A DNA stretch of 64,000 bases. It comes from Laetmonice hystrix (taxonomy: Eukaryota). The number at the start of each line of letters is the position of its first letter. Within the stretch, counting starts at the first letter, position 1. Shown here in pieces: positions 41,411 to 53,055 of this stretch. The DNA lies in assembly GCA_965235115.1 (NCBI GenBank), contig OZ249444.1, forward strand, positions 23,808,001 to 23,872,000. The letters run 5' to 3'. Made by a program: the position numbers and the translations under genes. Below the pieces are notes generated by a model. The model worked only from the letters and a program-made list of their open reading frames with translations. It did no database searches and had not been told where the DNA came from.

Positions 41411-41436
41411 GTGTGTGTGTGTGTGTGTGTGTGTGT
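41411..41436. repeat. (GT)n microsatellite followed by a poly-G run
   Basis: About 13 GT units. Confidence 0.9.
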
Positions 41437-41848
41437 GGGCGGGGGGGGGGGGCTACACGTAACCACCAGCGTCGGTTGGCACGGTCAATGATTGTACCGA
41501 GTCGGTGATCTTGAGTGCCTGGGAAGTTACGCCACGCCGCTACATGGCTTATAGTTCCATTTGTCAGGGGGAAAAAATCAATAATGCTCGAGGTTATCGT
41601 TTTTTCTCTACTGGAGAATCAACTGCAGATATTTGTCAATATTTGTAGCGGCTGTCGGTAGGTTTATAACGTGGTTAGAGCATTCCCTGCTGGGACGATG
41701 GGAGAGGGTGGGTAAGCCAGGAGGTCCCAGTAAATCTACCAGTACTCGTGCCGACTTGTCTATAACCAGCCGCTCCAATGCAATGTTTATCACATCCTAC
41801 TCGCCACCTGCCCACTGATTGCTTCATGATCACCAAACACCGCTCCTG

Positions 41849-42180
41849 CTATGGTATACTGTAATTCGATTCGTATAATCTTTGTTTATGGTATACTGTA
41901 ATCGGAATAGTATAACCTTTGTTTATGGTATAATTTGAATTTTGAATTGAATTGAATTCTTTATTTCAGACTCAATATATGTGCATGGCTACATACATCT
42001 GTCCATAGAACGGTAGAAGGTTACATGACAATAAATAATATGATAAATACGACAATAAATATGGCAATATTACAATTATACTGTAATTGGATTCGTGTAA
42101 CCTTTGTTTATGGTATACTGTAATTGGATTCGTATAACCTTTGTTTATGGTATACTGTAATTGGATTCCTAACCTTTGTT
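41849..42180. repeat. 38-bp AT-rich tandem repeat split by an insertion
   Basis: Unit tttgtttatggtatactgtaattggattcgtataacc; copies lie on both sides of 41933-42076. Confidence 0.85.
41933..42076 (-). mobile_element. Truncated retroposon (LINE/SINE) 3' end
   Basis: The minus strand ends aataaagaattcaattcaattcaa (poly-A signal plus short-repeat tail, typical of L2/CR1-type 3' ends). Inserted at ggtata^ctgtaa with tata duplicated. Confidence 0.5.
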
Positions 42181-43961
42181 TTGTTCCGCCCGGAATGATA
42201 TGGTTCTGTTTGTTGAATCCAATAGACGCTGTACAACCACTTTTTGGTTCTTTGTTGTTTTCTGTTTGTGGTTCACTTACTGCTGTAATCATTCTTGGGA
42301 CGTGTACATAATTTATGAGTACATCGACCAATGCTACTGCCTCAATTCAATCTCTCTTTATAAAAAAAAGACTGCACTAAAGTAAGACTGACTTTGTGAT
42401 GGGTGTAAACGGGTGGTTGAGGGTAAAATCACACAGGTCGGTGGGCCCGAACTTTCTACACCTGGGTCTGACATTACCCCGGTCTGACACCCCATCCTCC
42501 CTCAGTAACTACCACTTCACTTCACTACCTTAAAGCCATTCGTTCCGCTCACTATTCCAACTTTTACACCTGACGTCTACTTGAAACCAGTGGCATCCAC
42601 TTGCATGACACACTGCAAGAAATCAAACGCTCATGTGCAAAATAAACAAAAACAATTTTTGGACATTGGCTTTGACGGTTCCAGCAAAAACACTTTAATT
42701 TTATCTTTTTAATCTTTTCTTTCTTGTCCTTCAAGTTTGTCAGACATGCGAGCGAGTGAAAAGGGCCATAACGGTATGTCACACGGGGTGTGAGATCTGT
42801 CTCCGTTGATACCAAGGCGGACGCCGGGTTTTTGACCGGCCTGTCGTCGCCTTCTGTCGTTTCCACCTCAATGATTACCAGGCGGAGATGTAAGCCGGGA
42901 TTGTGACCTGCCACCTGCACTGGCACGGGGCGGGGGTTGCGGTGGGACAGCAAACACCCTCCCTCCCCGCCTAGCATTACCCCCTCCTTCTCTTAACCCC
43001 CGTAACATTAACTTGTCCTAACAACTCTCTCCGACCGAACCCATCTCTGTCTTCTGAAACATCTGTGACTACCAACAACAAACTCGTTTTATCTGAAAGT
43101 CAATATGAAAATACTATGAAAAAAAAACCTAACAAACAAAAACATTCAGTCCCTTTGCTCCAACTTAATTAACTATTGCCGTAAAAATATAAACCCTTGG
43201 GCCAGAAATGTTCACATTCCGCCTCTCGGGACGATAACACGCCCCCTAGTGACGGCCATGTGTACTACCCACTGAACGCAGGGAGACCAAGTAGAAATTT
43301 GGATGTAGCGTTCGGGGTTCTAACATCCCATGGGTTATGACGATTCAGGACAGAGATGTAATATGATATACTGGCACCAGGTGGCAGGACTGGCCAGGTG
43401 TACAGGGGAACTGTTAGAAACCCCAGACACACAGTCCCCCCTGGCAATATTCTTCTATGAGGCCGCAGGTTTGTCAAACAAATTTATTTGTTTGGCATGT
43501 ATTTAGTGCATAGCTCATGATGAACCCTCAAAATCCTTTTTGTTTCCTGTTGCTGACGTCATTGGTGACCAGCCATGTGTTCCAGGAAACTGATCAGTAA
43601 ACAAAAGGCAACAACACCTGTGAAAGCGGTCATGGTTAAGTGGGCCATACCAGGTCAGTCTAATGTCACATGTCTGAGCAAGTAACTGGGTCAGCCAGCC
43701 TCATGACTGGCCAGTTCATTGATCTATGGCAGGTTGTCCTTGGCAACTACCTAAACAATCAATATGGTGCTATCACACCTTGTGTGTTTGTCTGGGACTT
43801 GCCGATTGATAAATACCTTGTGCTCAGACATGATCCGGGTGTACATCGGTGAACTACACCCGTTATTTGAGCTGTAATAACGTCAGTTGGAACCTTATTC
43901 CATGTGCCCCGGTTCAGCCAGGTGGTAAGGACATATCTCAAGGGGTGAGAGTGATATTGTT

Positions 43962-44930
43962 ATGGGGCAGACTTTCGGGGCCATCACCAATTTTGGCGAG
44001 GATGACGAGCGTGAGCCCGGCGAGTTCCCAGAGGAACCCACCCTAGACCCGACCAAGGAGGTAACCGTCCTCAGCATGCGGCAGACTATACACGTGGAGG
44101 GCTGGGGAACCATGCGTGACCTTGACCTGGTCTGGAGTGTTGGTAACGAGAACATGGAGGAACTAGAGGACGTTTGTTTCCTGCCTGAGGAACGCGCAGC
44201 CGTCAGCGACCCCAAGCGGCAGTGCGTCCAGCTCCTGGACCAATCAGATGGCAGTGTTCTACACGTCTACCGCGGCACGACGTTCCGCCCTCTGGTGGCA
44301 ACCGGGCTTGCCTGTAACCCGGCGGGAAAACTGGTCGTCTGCAGCCAAGAGGACATGACGAGGGGCCTGCGGATCTTTGACATAAAGAAACCATTTCATA
44401 CCAAGAGGGTTTATGAGAAGATGTTTGAAGAACCTCGGGGTGTTGCTATGACACCCACCAATGAATGGATTGTTCTGGAAGGCTCAAACCAACACTGCGT
44501 CAACGTCATGCGAGACAACGGCACTCGCATACGTCATTTTGGCGCGAAACACCTGCAGAATCCAGCGTTTGTAGCAGTGGACAGCATGGGTCGGATCTTT
44601 GTCACAGACAACCAACAAAACTGTGTGTTTGTGTTTGATATCAGCGGACAACTTCTGTATAAGTTTGGGTCTCGTGGCTGTGCAGACAATCAACTTAACC
44701 GCCCCCAGGGAATCTGTATCGACCCTAAAAACAATGTGTACATTGCTGACCAATTAAATGATCGTATCAGTGTGTTCAGCACTGACGGTCAGTTTAAGTT
44801 TCACCTCAGGACACCGAAACCTCTCTATAAACCACGCGGACTCGCCTTGGATGAGTATACTGGACGCTTACTTGTGACGTCACAATACCTTCACTGGAAA
44901 ACTGTACAACTATATGTACTCCACTTGTAA
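43962..44930 (+). CDS. Single-exon NHL-repeat beta-propeller protein (TRIM2/3/71-like NHL domain only), 322 aa
   Basis: ATG-to-TAA ORF with NHL blades: FEEPRGVAMTP, LQNPAFVAVDSMGRIFVTDNQQNCVFVFD..GQLLYKFGSRG, QLNRPQGICIDPKNNVYIADQLNDRISVFSTDGQF, LYKPRGLALD. An in-frame TAA lies 12 codons upstream of the ATG. No RING, B-box or filamin domain. Confidence 0.92.
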   Translation: MGQTFGAITNFGEDDEREPGEFPEEPTLDPTKEVTVLSMRQTIHVEGWGTMRDLDLVWSVGNENMEELEDVCFLPEERAAVSDPKRQCVQLLDQSDGSVLHVYRGTTFRPLVATGLACNPAGKLVVCSQEDMTRGLRIFDIKKPFHTKRVYEKMFEEPRGVAMTPTNEWIVLEGSNQHCVNVMRDNGTRIRHFGAKHLQNPAFVAVDSMGRIFVTDNQQNCVFVFDISGQLLYKFGSRGCADNQLNRPQGICIDPKNNVYIADQLNDRISVFSTDGQFKFHLRTPKPLYKPRGLALDEYTGRLLVTSQYLHWKTVQLYVLHL

Positions 44931-47900
44931 CCAAGGTCACTCTAACTGTAACCTTGAGATTGATGTGTGGTAGCAATCTCTTTAACGACACTGCCAAGGA
45001 CTGGCAACATACTGAAAACTTACAAGGAAATTAGGTAACAATATTGTATATTCACATGTAAATACAAACAATGTCAAATACTTCATCGCCGTCTTCCTTG
45101 TTCCTGACTCCATGAAATAGAGATAATGAATTTCTTCTGAATTCCAATTCCCTAACTTTTCCTTTTGGATCTACATCTCGTGCACCAAAAAAAAGTTCTG
45201 GTAAGCGTGAGAGGGAGCATGCGAGAAACTGTAATACTTCTATTTGTCAAAAAGAACTCCAGCTCGAGTCTCCCTTTAGCTAACATTCGGGTTCAGTGAT
45301 GACCTTTGGTGTGTGAAAGTGGCGCCCCCACGTGGTCAGACCGTGCATCACGTGGTTTTGGGCTGGGAGTTTGGTCTTTAATCAACAGTCGTTTCACACC
45401 AATGGGGACGGTCTATGGTCGGATACGCCGCTACTCTCCAATCTATCCCTGCCGTCAGTGTCAACCCGCTGCCGTGGCCGTCAACAATCAGCCTGCAAAG
45501 TTTCCATGAAGTCTTCTTTAGAATTGATTGAAGTCAATTTTGATGAGAAAAGTCCATTGTGTGACTGCCTTTTGATCACTGTTGAAAAGTTGGCTGAAAG
45601 GTGGTAAATGACGGGCATTAGTTAAACGACGCGACGCTCCGACGTTTTCCGGTGAACGCAGACGATATTTGGGTAAAAATACGCGGGGCCGGCTCAATTT
45701 GCGGCGTTCGTCATCAACGCCTATTGTGGTCGTCAGAGTGGGTGTGCAGTCAACCTGTCCACTGTGGCCGCGGGGCCTGCAATCGTCCGTCAAACATAAC
45801 GGAAAACTCCTGCCACTGGCCTTGCAAAAACACAACTAATTTATAGACAGATCCAACTTTTCTATTACCGCAATAACAAATGAAACACGTCCGCAAACAC
45901 GGTCGACTATTTCTAATTCACTCTCTCTCTCTCTCTTTCTGTGAAGTAAAGACAATTTCTACCGAACCTAAAATAAGATTCTTGAAGACGGCCACCAAAT
46001 ACCTCCACCTATTTCTCTGAAATGTTCTCTAGCAATTTCCCTACCCTCCTCAGACTCAGGTAAATTTAATCTGTAAAACTGTCAGCCCAGATGTGGGTCT
46101 TCTTTCTAATGATTTCAATGTAAAATTTGATACTTTGTAGCCGTCAGAAGCGCAATTTTCGAGAAAGACTGCACTCAGGTATTTAATAAAAGTGCCATTA
46201 AACTAAAACCAAGTTACTGTGCTCGGCCAAGCTGGACCCATCCACAGCGTCATTCGTGGACCGTGGTCCATCAGTATTTAACACTCTCCAGTCACCACGC
46301 CACGCTCCCCTCTTAGTGCTCAATCAAACCTCATTCTCCATCTCTCAGCGACTACCGCACAGGTTAAAAAACCCAAGTTAGGGCGTTCAGTGTGTCTTAA
46401 AGATACCGGGCAGGGCCCTGACCTTGGCTTGGCCTACTCGAGGCTCTTATTGAGGACCTTACTGAGGCCCTCCTCGGCCCCTCGTGTACGGGGCACGGCT
46501 CTAAGCCTTCCAAGGCCAAGCGTCAGAGGTCTGCCGGACTTTCCTCATACGAAGTAGAGTTCCTTTTCAGTTGCAGTCTCTTGCCCGTGCATCCTCAATC
46601 ACTCACGATCCTTTCACAATGGGATCGAACCCCTGCTGCCAGGACAAGGGTCGGGGTAGGTCAACTGCCCGGTGAGGGCCGGTTGGACTGTGGAGACTTT
46701 GAATGACAGCCCTCACAATTAGTGAATTAGAGACGATTCAGAGATTTTACACAGGACTACGATCCAGAAACCATGACGTGACTTCAGTAGCCCCTCACCT
46801 TAGGAACGACCTTTTCTTCTAGAGGACACCTTAGAGGAAAGAGGGCACATGCTCAATTTTCAATAGATCTGAAATTTACCAATCCTTTTGTCCTCGTACG
46901 TATATCCTCTTTATAAAGGACTGCAAGACGCCGGCGTTCCCTGAGGACCAAGTGCCTATCGGTATCTTATGTTGGAGGAAAGAGTTCGCAATAACTTGCC
47001 ACAGAATCTGAGAAAATTTTACCAATGAAATCCTGAACTAGCTTCGTGCATTCTGACTGCTACTAATTACTACGACGACAAGATGTTGGGGCGTACATAA
47101 CTTGGCCTCGCCTCGCTTCCCACTGCCGGGTGTGCCATGGTAACGTCTTCCTCATCCCTTTCCCCTGCTCTTCATGAGTTTCCTCAGGGGGAAAGGTCGC
47201 AGGGAGGTCAAACAAAGGCTTATTGACCTCCTAGCCAGAGAAACTCTCTCTCCCCCCCCCCACCCCCCCCCCCCCCCGGCCGCCAAGTCGATGCTGTCAT
47301 TGGGAGACATATTGCAGTCAGGTTTGTAAAGTTTCAGTTTCACAAGGGGAACAGATAAATGACCACATCGATGTGATTTCCTAATTTTCAAGTCCTAACA
47401 ATTCCGTTGAAACATTCTCGATGTCTTTGTTTCATTTGATCTTCTCACAAAATTTCCATAACCTCCATTTATATTCGGTCACAAGAAATAGTATTCGGTC
47501 ACAAGAAATAGAAAGTATGCAGGTATGATCTGTGCTCATCAATTTGTGGATACCGATCAGTCAGAACAAAATTTCCATTTTCAAGTTAAAACTGGATAAT
47601 TTTATTAAACAATAGCAGACCCTGGGGCAACACCACGGCGGAGGCCTAGAAGCCGGCCATACATTATTCCTAGTGTTTTGCTACATACCGTCCCAATTAA
47701 TGCTTACCGTAACTGGCACCCCCCCCCCCCCCCTCTGGTGTTCACGTGTAACACGAACAGTCCACGTGCTTTTACAAAAAACATCAACCTCTCTTTGGCA
47801 TTTATGCTCTCTTCTAACAGACGCGCTGGTGCAAATTAGGGCTTAAGGGCAGATTTCAAGTATATGAATATGTCCATATGACATGTTTGTCTGAAGTGAG

Positions 47901-50900
47901 GTGTACATTGGCGAGAGGGTGAAAGAAACCTTTGGCCTACATTGCAGTGACCTCAACAGGGATAATGATTCAAAATGTTGCTCATAAAAAAAAATGCCAG
48001 CCCCTTGAGTTCCTCAAATGTGGGCCACAGTGTCACTCATTTGTGCACAAATCGACGAAGAGCAACCCTCCTCCCATTACACTGAGAGGCAATCGATTGC
48101 TAATGATCGCAAATAATAGGAGGAAATTAGCATTTCAAATGTTTGATCATTCTCCCTTCGGCGTGAATTGGCCTGGTTCATAATCATGCTAATTTGGCCC
48201 TAATCCCCCTAACTGGCTCCCTGAAGGGATTAGAGCAGAGATTAGATAGGAAAATAGCAGGTTATGGTTTACCTCGAGGACGACTTTGTATTGCTCCCTG
48301 AGGTGGTAGAACGGGTCAAACACATGCTAATTTCGCTCTACAATCAACCTCAACTTCCCTAAGGGGAAGTGAGATAAGCTTCTTTATCACTCCGCCGAGG
48401 TCGTTTTCTTTGTTATATTATAATTTCCAAATCACACAACATTTGAGTTGCCATTTGACGGCAGGGGAGTGTACTTCACGGGCTGGGCGACTTCACTGTG
48501 CAGCGATTTTCAGCATGAAATCACACAATGGAGTTACTGCTCAGTCATTACAATTCATTACGTGTCCTTCTCACAAACATTCATCACAATTTAGTGTTAA
48601 TTCCACCAGAAAAAATAGCAATCTTGAATATCAAACAGGGTGAAAATGAACTCATGATGAAGTAAATTATCACCAGAAATCTGATTAATGCCAGGAAATT
48701 ATTCAGCATATTTTCATTTCACTTCTTTGCCCAGCGCAATCTGTCGCCAAACATCCAAGAAAATGAGAATTTCTTTTTATGGTTTCTCCATTCTTCGCTC
48801 ATTCATAGTTCTTGAAAATACTGGTAATTCATTTAGGATTATGACCATTCTATGGTCCGTTTCTTACAGTGCACTGTGTTCTCTAAGAGGAATTTTATGT
48901 TTTTACTTTTAAATTCATTAAATTTAAGGTCTTTCTTGTTGTAAAACGAAAATTGAACAAAACATTTTTTTCAAGTACACACGTAATTTCCAGAGATACA
49001 TATTCAATACATGAACAAATAAAGTTTAAGAAAAGGGGACATAGAACTAGAGAGGTCTGCAGGCAAGGGGAAATAATAAAAAGTTGAAACAGTTTGCAGG
49101 CGACACGTATTCTTATAATATAAAATCAATAAGAAAAATAAAAAGGCCACCGAAAGCAACTGTGATACATTTCCAATACGGCTAAATTTTTAATCTGAAA
49201 ATTGTACACGCCAACCTTTTCTTCTGCAAAATACCTGCAAGTTTTCACTTCAATCACTATCTGATAAACAAAGTTATTTATTGGATTAAGGAGATTTTAG
49301 AAAAATCATCCAGAGATATTCATTTCTATGCAGGACCCACCCACAATCTGTCAAGAGGCCCGCACTGCACTTATATAACCTGGAGAAAAATACAATCCAA
49401 GCCTGTCTTCGAGTGTATACCGTACTTTATTTGTGATTTTTTCCGCGATAACGGTGATGATGACATTACGATGTCACGAATAGGCAGTGCCACTGACATG
49501 GAAATGTCATTTGTGTCATTTGTTACACGGTTTAAAGGACACGGAATTGCCACCGCGAAGATCAAAGTCGGAAACCATCCCGGCTGACATGTAATATTCT
49601 CCGGGAATCTGAACTCTGACATTCTGTCGGCGTTTCTCCAGCCCGTCTCTCATGTCTCGAGAATTTTTCTATTTTACCCAGTTAGCTGGTTGCAAACATC
49701 TCATTTCATCTCCTACGATAATCAAGATGATATCGCTAACCCGTCATGACTAGAGGCTTATGTTTTACCTCACTAAAATCTTGTGAGAGAAAAACTCAAA
49801 ACGCATTTTTAAAAATCTTCTCTTATCTTCGGATATCCTTTATAAAACGCTTGAATAATTCTGGGGTGCATATCACAACTTTCGCTTGTCGTGTCGTTAT
49901 ATTTTCAATGCAGACTTCCACACACAAAACTAACAACGCCTGAAGTCGATGAATGGCAGTTATAAGATTTGTTTTAAAAGTAAAAATATGTTATAATACT
50001 GTAATAGCTACACATTCGCCTTTGATGTTCTGTATCCTTACAGTTTCTTGAGCAAAACAGTCCCCCTCATTAGCTCTCCTCTTGTACTGAAACTGAAGAT
50101 GTGCCGATTAAAGCTGCAAAATGTGGCAATTAGAAGAGAACCAGTCCACTTTTCTCACGCAAAACAAAGTGGCTTTGAACTGCGCCCCCATTTTCCTTGA
50201 CCTCCCATTGACGTATCGATTGCCAAACTTCATCAATCGTATTTTTCACATCCGGCCGTTCACAGACACGGAAACAAGTAATTGCACTTGTGATATTTGT
50301 ATCACTTCCTCCAGCCCGACTTCCCTCTTCTGCCTGACTACTCCGCCCGGAGTGGCGTACACCGACTTGTCCTCAGCATTTCCTCCTGGCGGCGACAAGA
50401 CAAACTTCTCCAGTGTCCTGGGAACCGCTCTGAGCTCCACCACATCCGGCCTACGCCAACTTCCGGTGGGTTCAGCGTCTGCCGTGACAGACGTGATTCC
50501 ATGAGGGACACGGCTAACATTTCATTAGTAAAGTAGAAAGGCCGGTCTCCGCCTGGCCCGGTGGGCGGGAGGAGGAGGCGGCTGAGTCGGCCACAACCTC
50601 CGAGTAAACTCTCTCTGTGGTCGGTGGCCACTGCCGTTACTCTGTCAATAATTCACGGTTAAATTGATGAGAAGTTGGCTCGGTCCTGTCGCTGCATGTA
50701 AATGTGCCATACATCCACTCACTATGGCCATCTCGTTATCTAATGGACATTCTCTTCCCACACAACGCATTTCTCATGTATTTATTGAACTTTTTTAATC
50801 TACCTGATATGTTTAGTGTACCAACTGCTATCATTGATGAGACTTTGAATGTTGACAACATAGTCTCCACAGGGCCCTGATGTAACATATAAAGTGATGT

Positions 50901-51175
50901 CGGCGTCTCCTCACTCCAGCTACGATTATACCTGGGTATAAATATCTTCACTTACATCGACTTGATCAGACTGCTATCAGCTCCAGCCTATGGGATCCCA
51001 CACAATCTATGTTAGCACCTAGTATCTCTGGTAAACAGAAATATTTCGAGAGAGAGACAAAGAAGAGAAGAAAACTTGACCTTTTGGGATGGCCAGGGTT
51101 CTGCTATCTACGGACATCCCCTAGTAACCTGTGCCTGACGTATACTAATACCCTGTTATACCCGTAGTTCCTCTT

Positions 51176-52821
51176 ACTGAGCCCTTGAACCCAGTCTGTC
51201 CCCTCACTGAGCCCTTGAAACACGTCTGTCCCCTCACTGAGCCCTTTAACCCAGTCTGTCCCCTCACTGAGCCCTTGAACCCAGTCTGTCCCCTCACTGA
51301 GCCCTTGAACCCCGCCTGTCCCCTCACTGATCCGTTGAACCCCGCCTGTCCCCTCACTGGGCCCTTGAACCCAGTCTGTCCCCTCACTGGGCCCTTGAAC
51401 CCCGCCTGTTCCCTCACTGAGCCCTTGAACTCCGTCTGTCCCCTCACTAAGCCCTTGAAACATGTCTGTCCCATCACTGAGCCATTGAACCCATTCTGTC
51501 CCATCACTGAGCCATTGAACCCCGTCTGTCCCATCACTGAGCCCTTGAACCCCGCCTGTCCCCTCACTGAGCCCTTGAACCCCGCCTGTCCCCTCACTGA
51601 TCCGTTGAACCCCGCCTGTCCCCTCACTGAGCCCTTGAACCCCGTCTGTCCCCTCACTGAGCCCTTGAACCCCGTCTGTCCCCTCACTGAGCCCTTGAAC
51701 CCCGCCTGTCCCCTCACTGAGCCCTTGAAACACGTATGTCCCCTCACTGATCCGTTGAACCCCGCCTGTCCCCTCACTGAGCCCTTGAACCCCGTCTGTC
51801 CCCTCACTGAGCCCTTGAACCCCGTCTGTCCCCTCACTGAGCCCTTGAACCCCGCCTGTCCCCTCACTGAGCCCTTGAAACACGTATGTCCCATCATTGA
51901 GCCCTTGAACCCTGCCTGTCCCCTCACTGAGACCTTGAAACACGTCTGTCCCCTCACTGAGCCATTGAACCCAGTCTGTCCCATCACTGAGCCCTTGAAA
52001 CACGTCTGTCCCATCACTGAGCCATTGAACCCATTCTGTCCCCTCACTGGGCCCTCGAACCCCGCGTCTGTCCCCTCACTGAGCCCTTGAACACCGTCTG
52101 TCCCCTCACTGGGCCCTTGAAATACGTCTGTCCCCTCACTGAGCCCTTGAACACCGTCTGTCCCCTCACTGGGCCATTGAATCCAGTCTGTCCCCTCACT
52201 GAGCCCTTGAACCCCGCCTGTCCCCTCAGTGAGCCCTTGAACCCCGTCTGTCCCCTCAGTGAGCCCTTGAACCCCGCCTGTCCCTTCACTGAGCCCTTGA
52301 ACCCCGCCTGTCCCCTCACTGGGCCCTTGAAACACGTCTGTCCCCTCACTGAGCCCTTGAACCCCGCCTGTCCCCTCACTGAGCCCTTGAACCCCGCCTG
52401 TCCCCTCACTGGGCCCTTGAACCCCGTCTGTCCCCTCACTGAGCCCTTGAACCCTGCCTGTCCCCTCACTGGGCCCTTGAAACACGTATGTCCCCTCACT
52501 GAGCCCTTGAACCCTGCCTGTCCCCTCACTGAGCCCTTGAACCCTGCCTGTCCCCTCACTGGGCCCTTGAACCCCGCCTGTCCCCTCACTGGGCCTTTAA
52601 CACCGTCTGTCCCCTCACTGGGCCCTTGAAACACGCCTGTCCTCTCACTGAGCCCTTGAACCCCGCCTGTCCCCTCACTGGGCCCTTGAACCCAGTCTGT
52701 CCCCTCACTGGGCCCTTGAACCCCGCCTGTCCCCTCACTGAGCCCTTGAACCCCGCCTGTCCCCTCACTGAGCCCTTGAACCCCGTCTGTCCCCTCACTG
52801 GGCCCTTGAAACACGTCTGTC
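51176..52821. repeat. 30-bp minisatellite, ~55 diverged copies
   Basis: Unit gagcccttgaaccccg(t/c)ctgtcccctcact, with 1-bp register shifts near 52065 and 52600. It explains the ORFs at 51104-52838. Confidence 0.97.
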
Positions 52822-52988
52822 ATCGCACTGGTTCCTAGAAAGCCGCCCTGTTACCGTACTGGCTGGTTCCTTTAAACTTGTCCGTCTCACCCAGTGCCCT
52901 ATCACTCGGACGGTCTAAGCCAACAGCTCCACAAGGATCGTACCATTTTCTCCAACACAAATACCACCACCAGCCTGACAGCGTCTAC

Positions 52989-53055
52989 CTCCTGTCTCCA
53001 GGGTCCTCCTGGCCGCCTCCAATCACGGCTGCTGTTAACGGGTTAGGTTCTCTGA
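52989..53055 (-). CDS. Tentative kinase-linker exon (REPNPLTAAVIGGGQEDPGDR)
   Basis: Acceptor ctcattctacag and donor gtagac; open in phase 1 to 2. No homology evidence. Confidence 0.25.

Noticed and set aside
51104-52838. ORFs of 180-446 aa (GVQGLSEGTD, LNPVCPLTEP)
   Set aside because: Products of the 30-bp repeat. Register shifts of 1 bp break the frames, and the variants are not preferentially synonymous in any frame.
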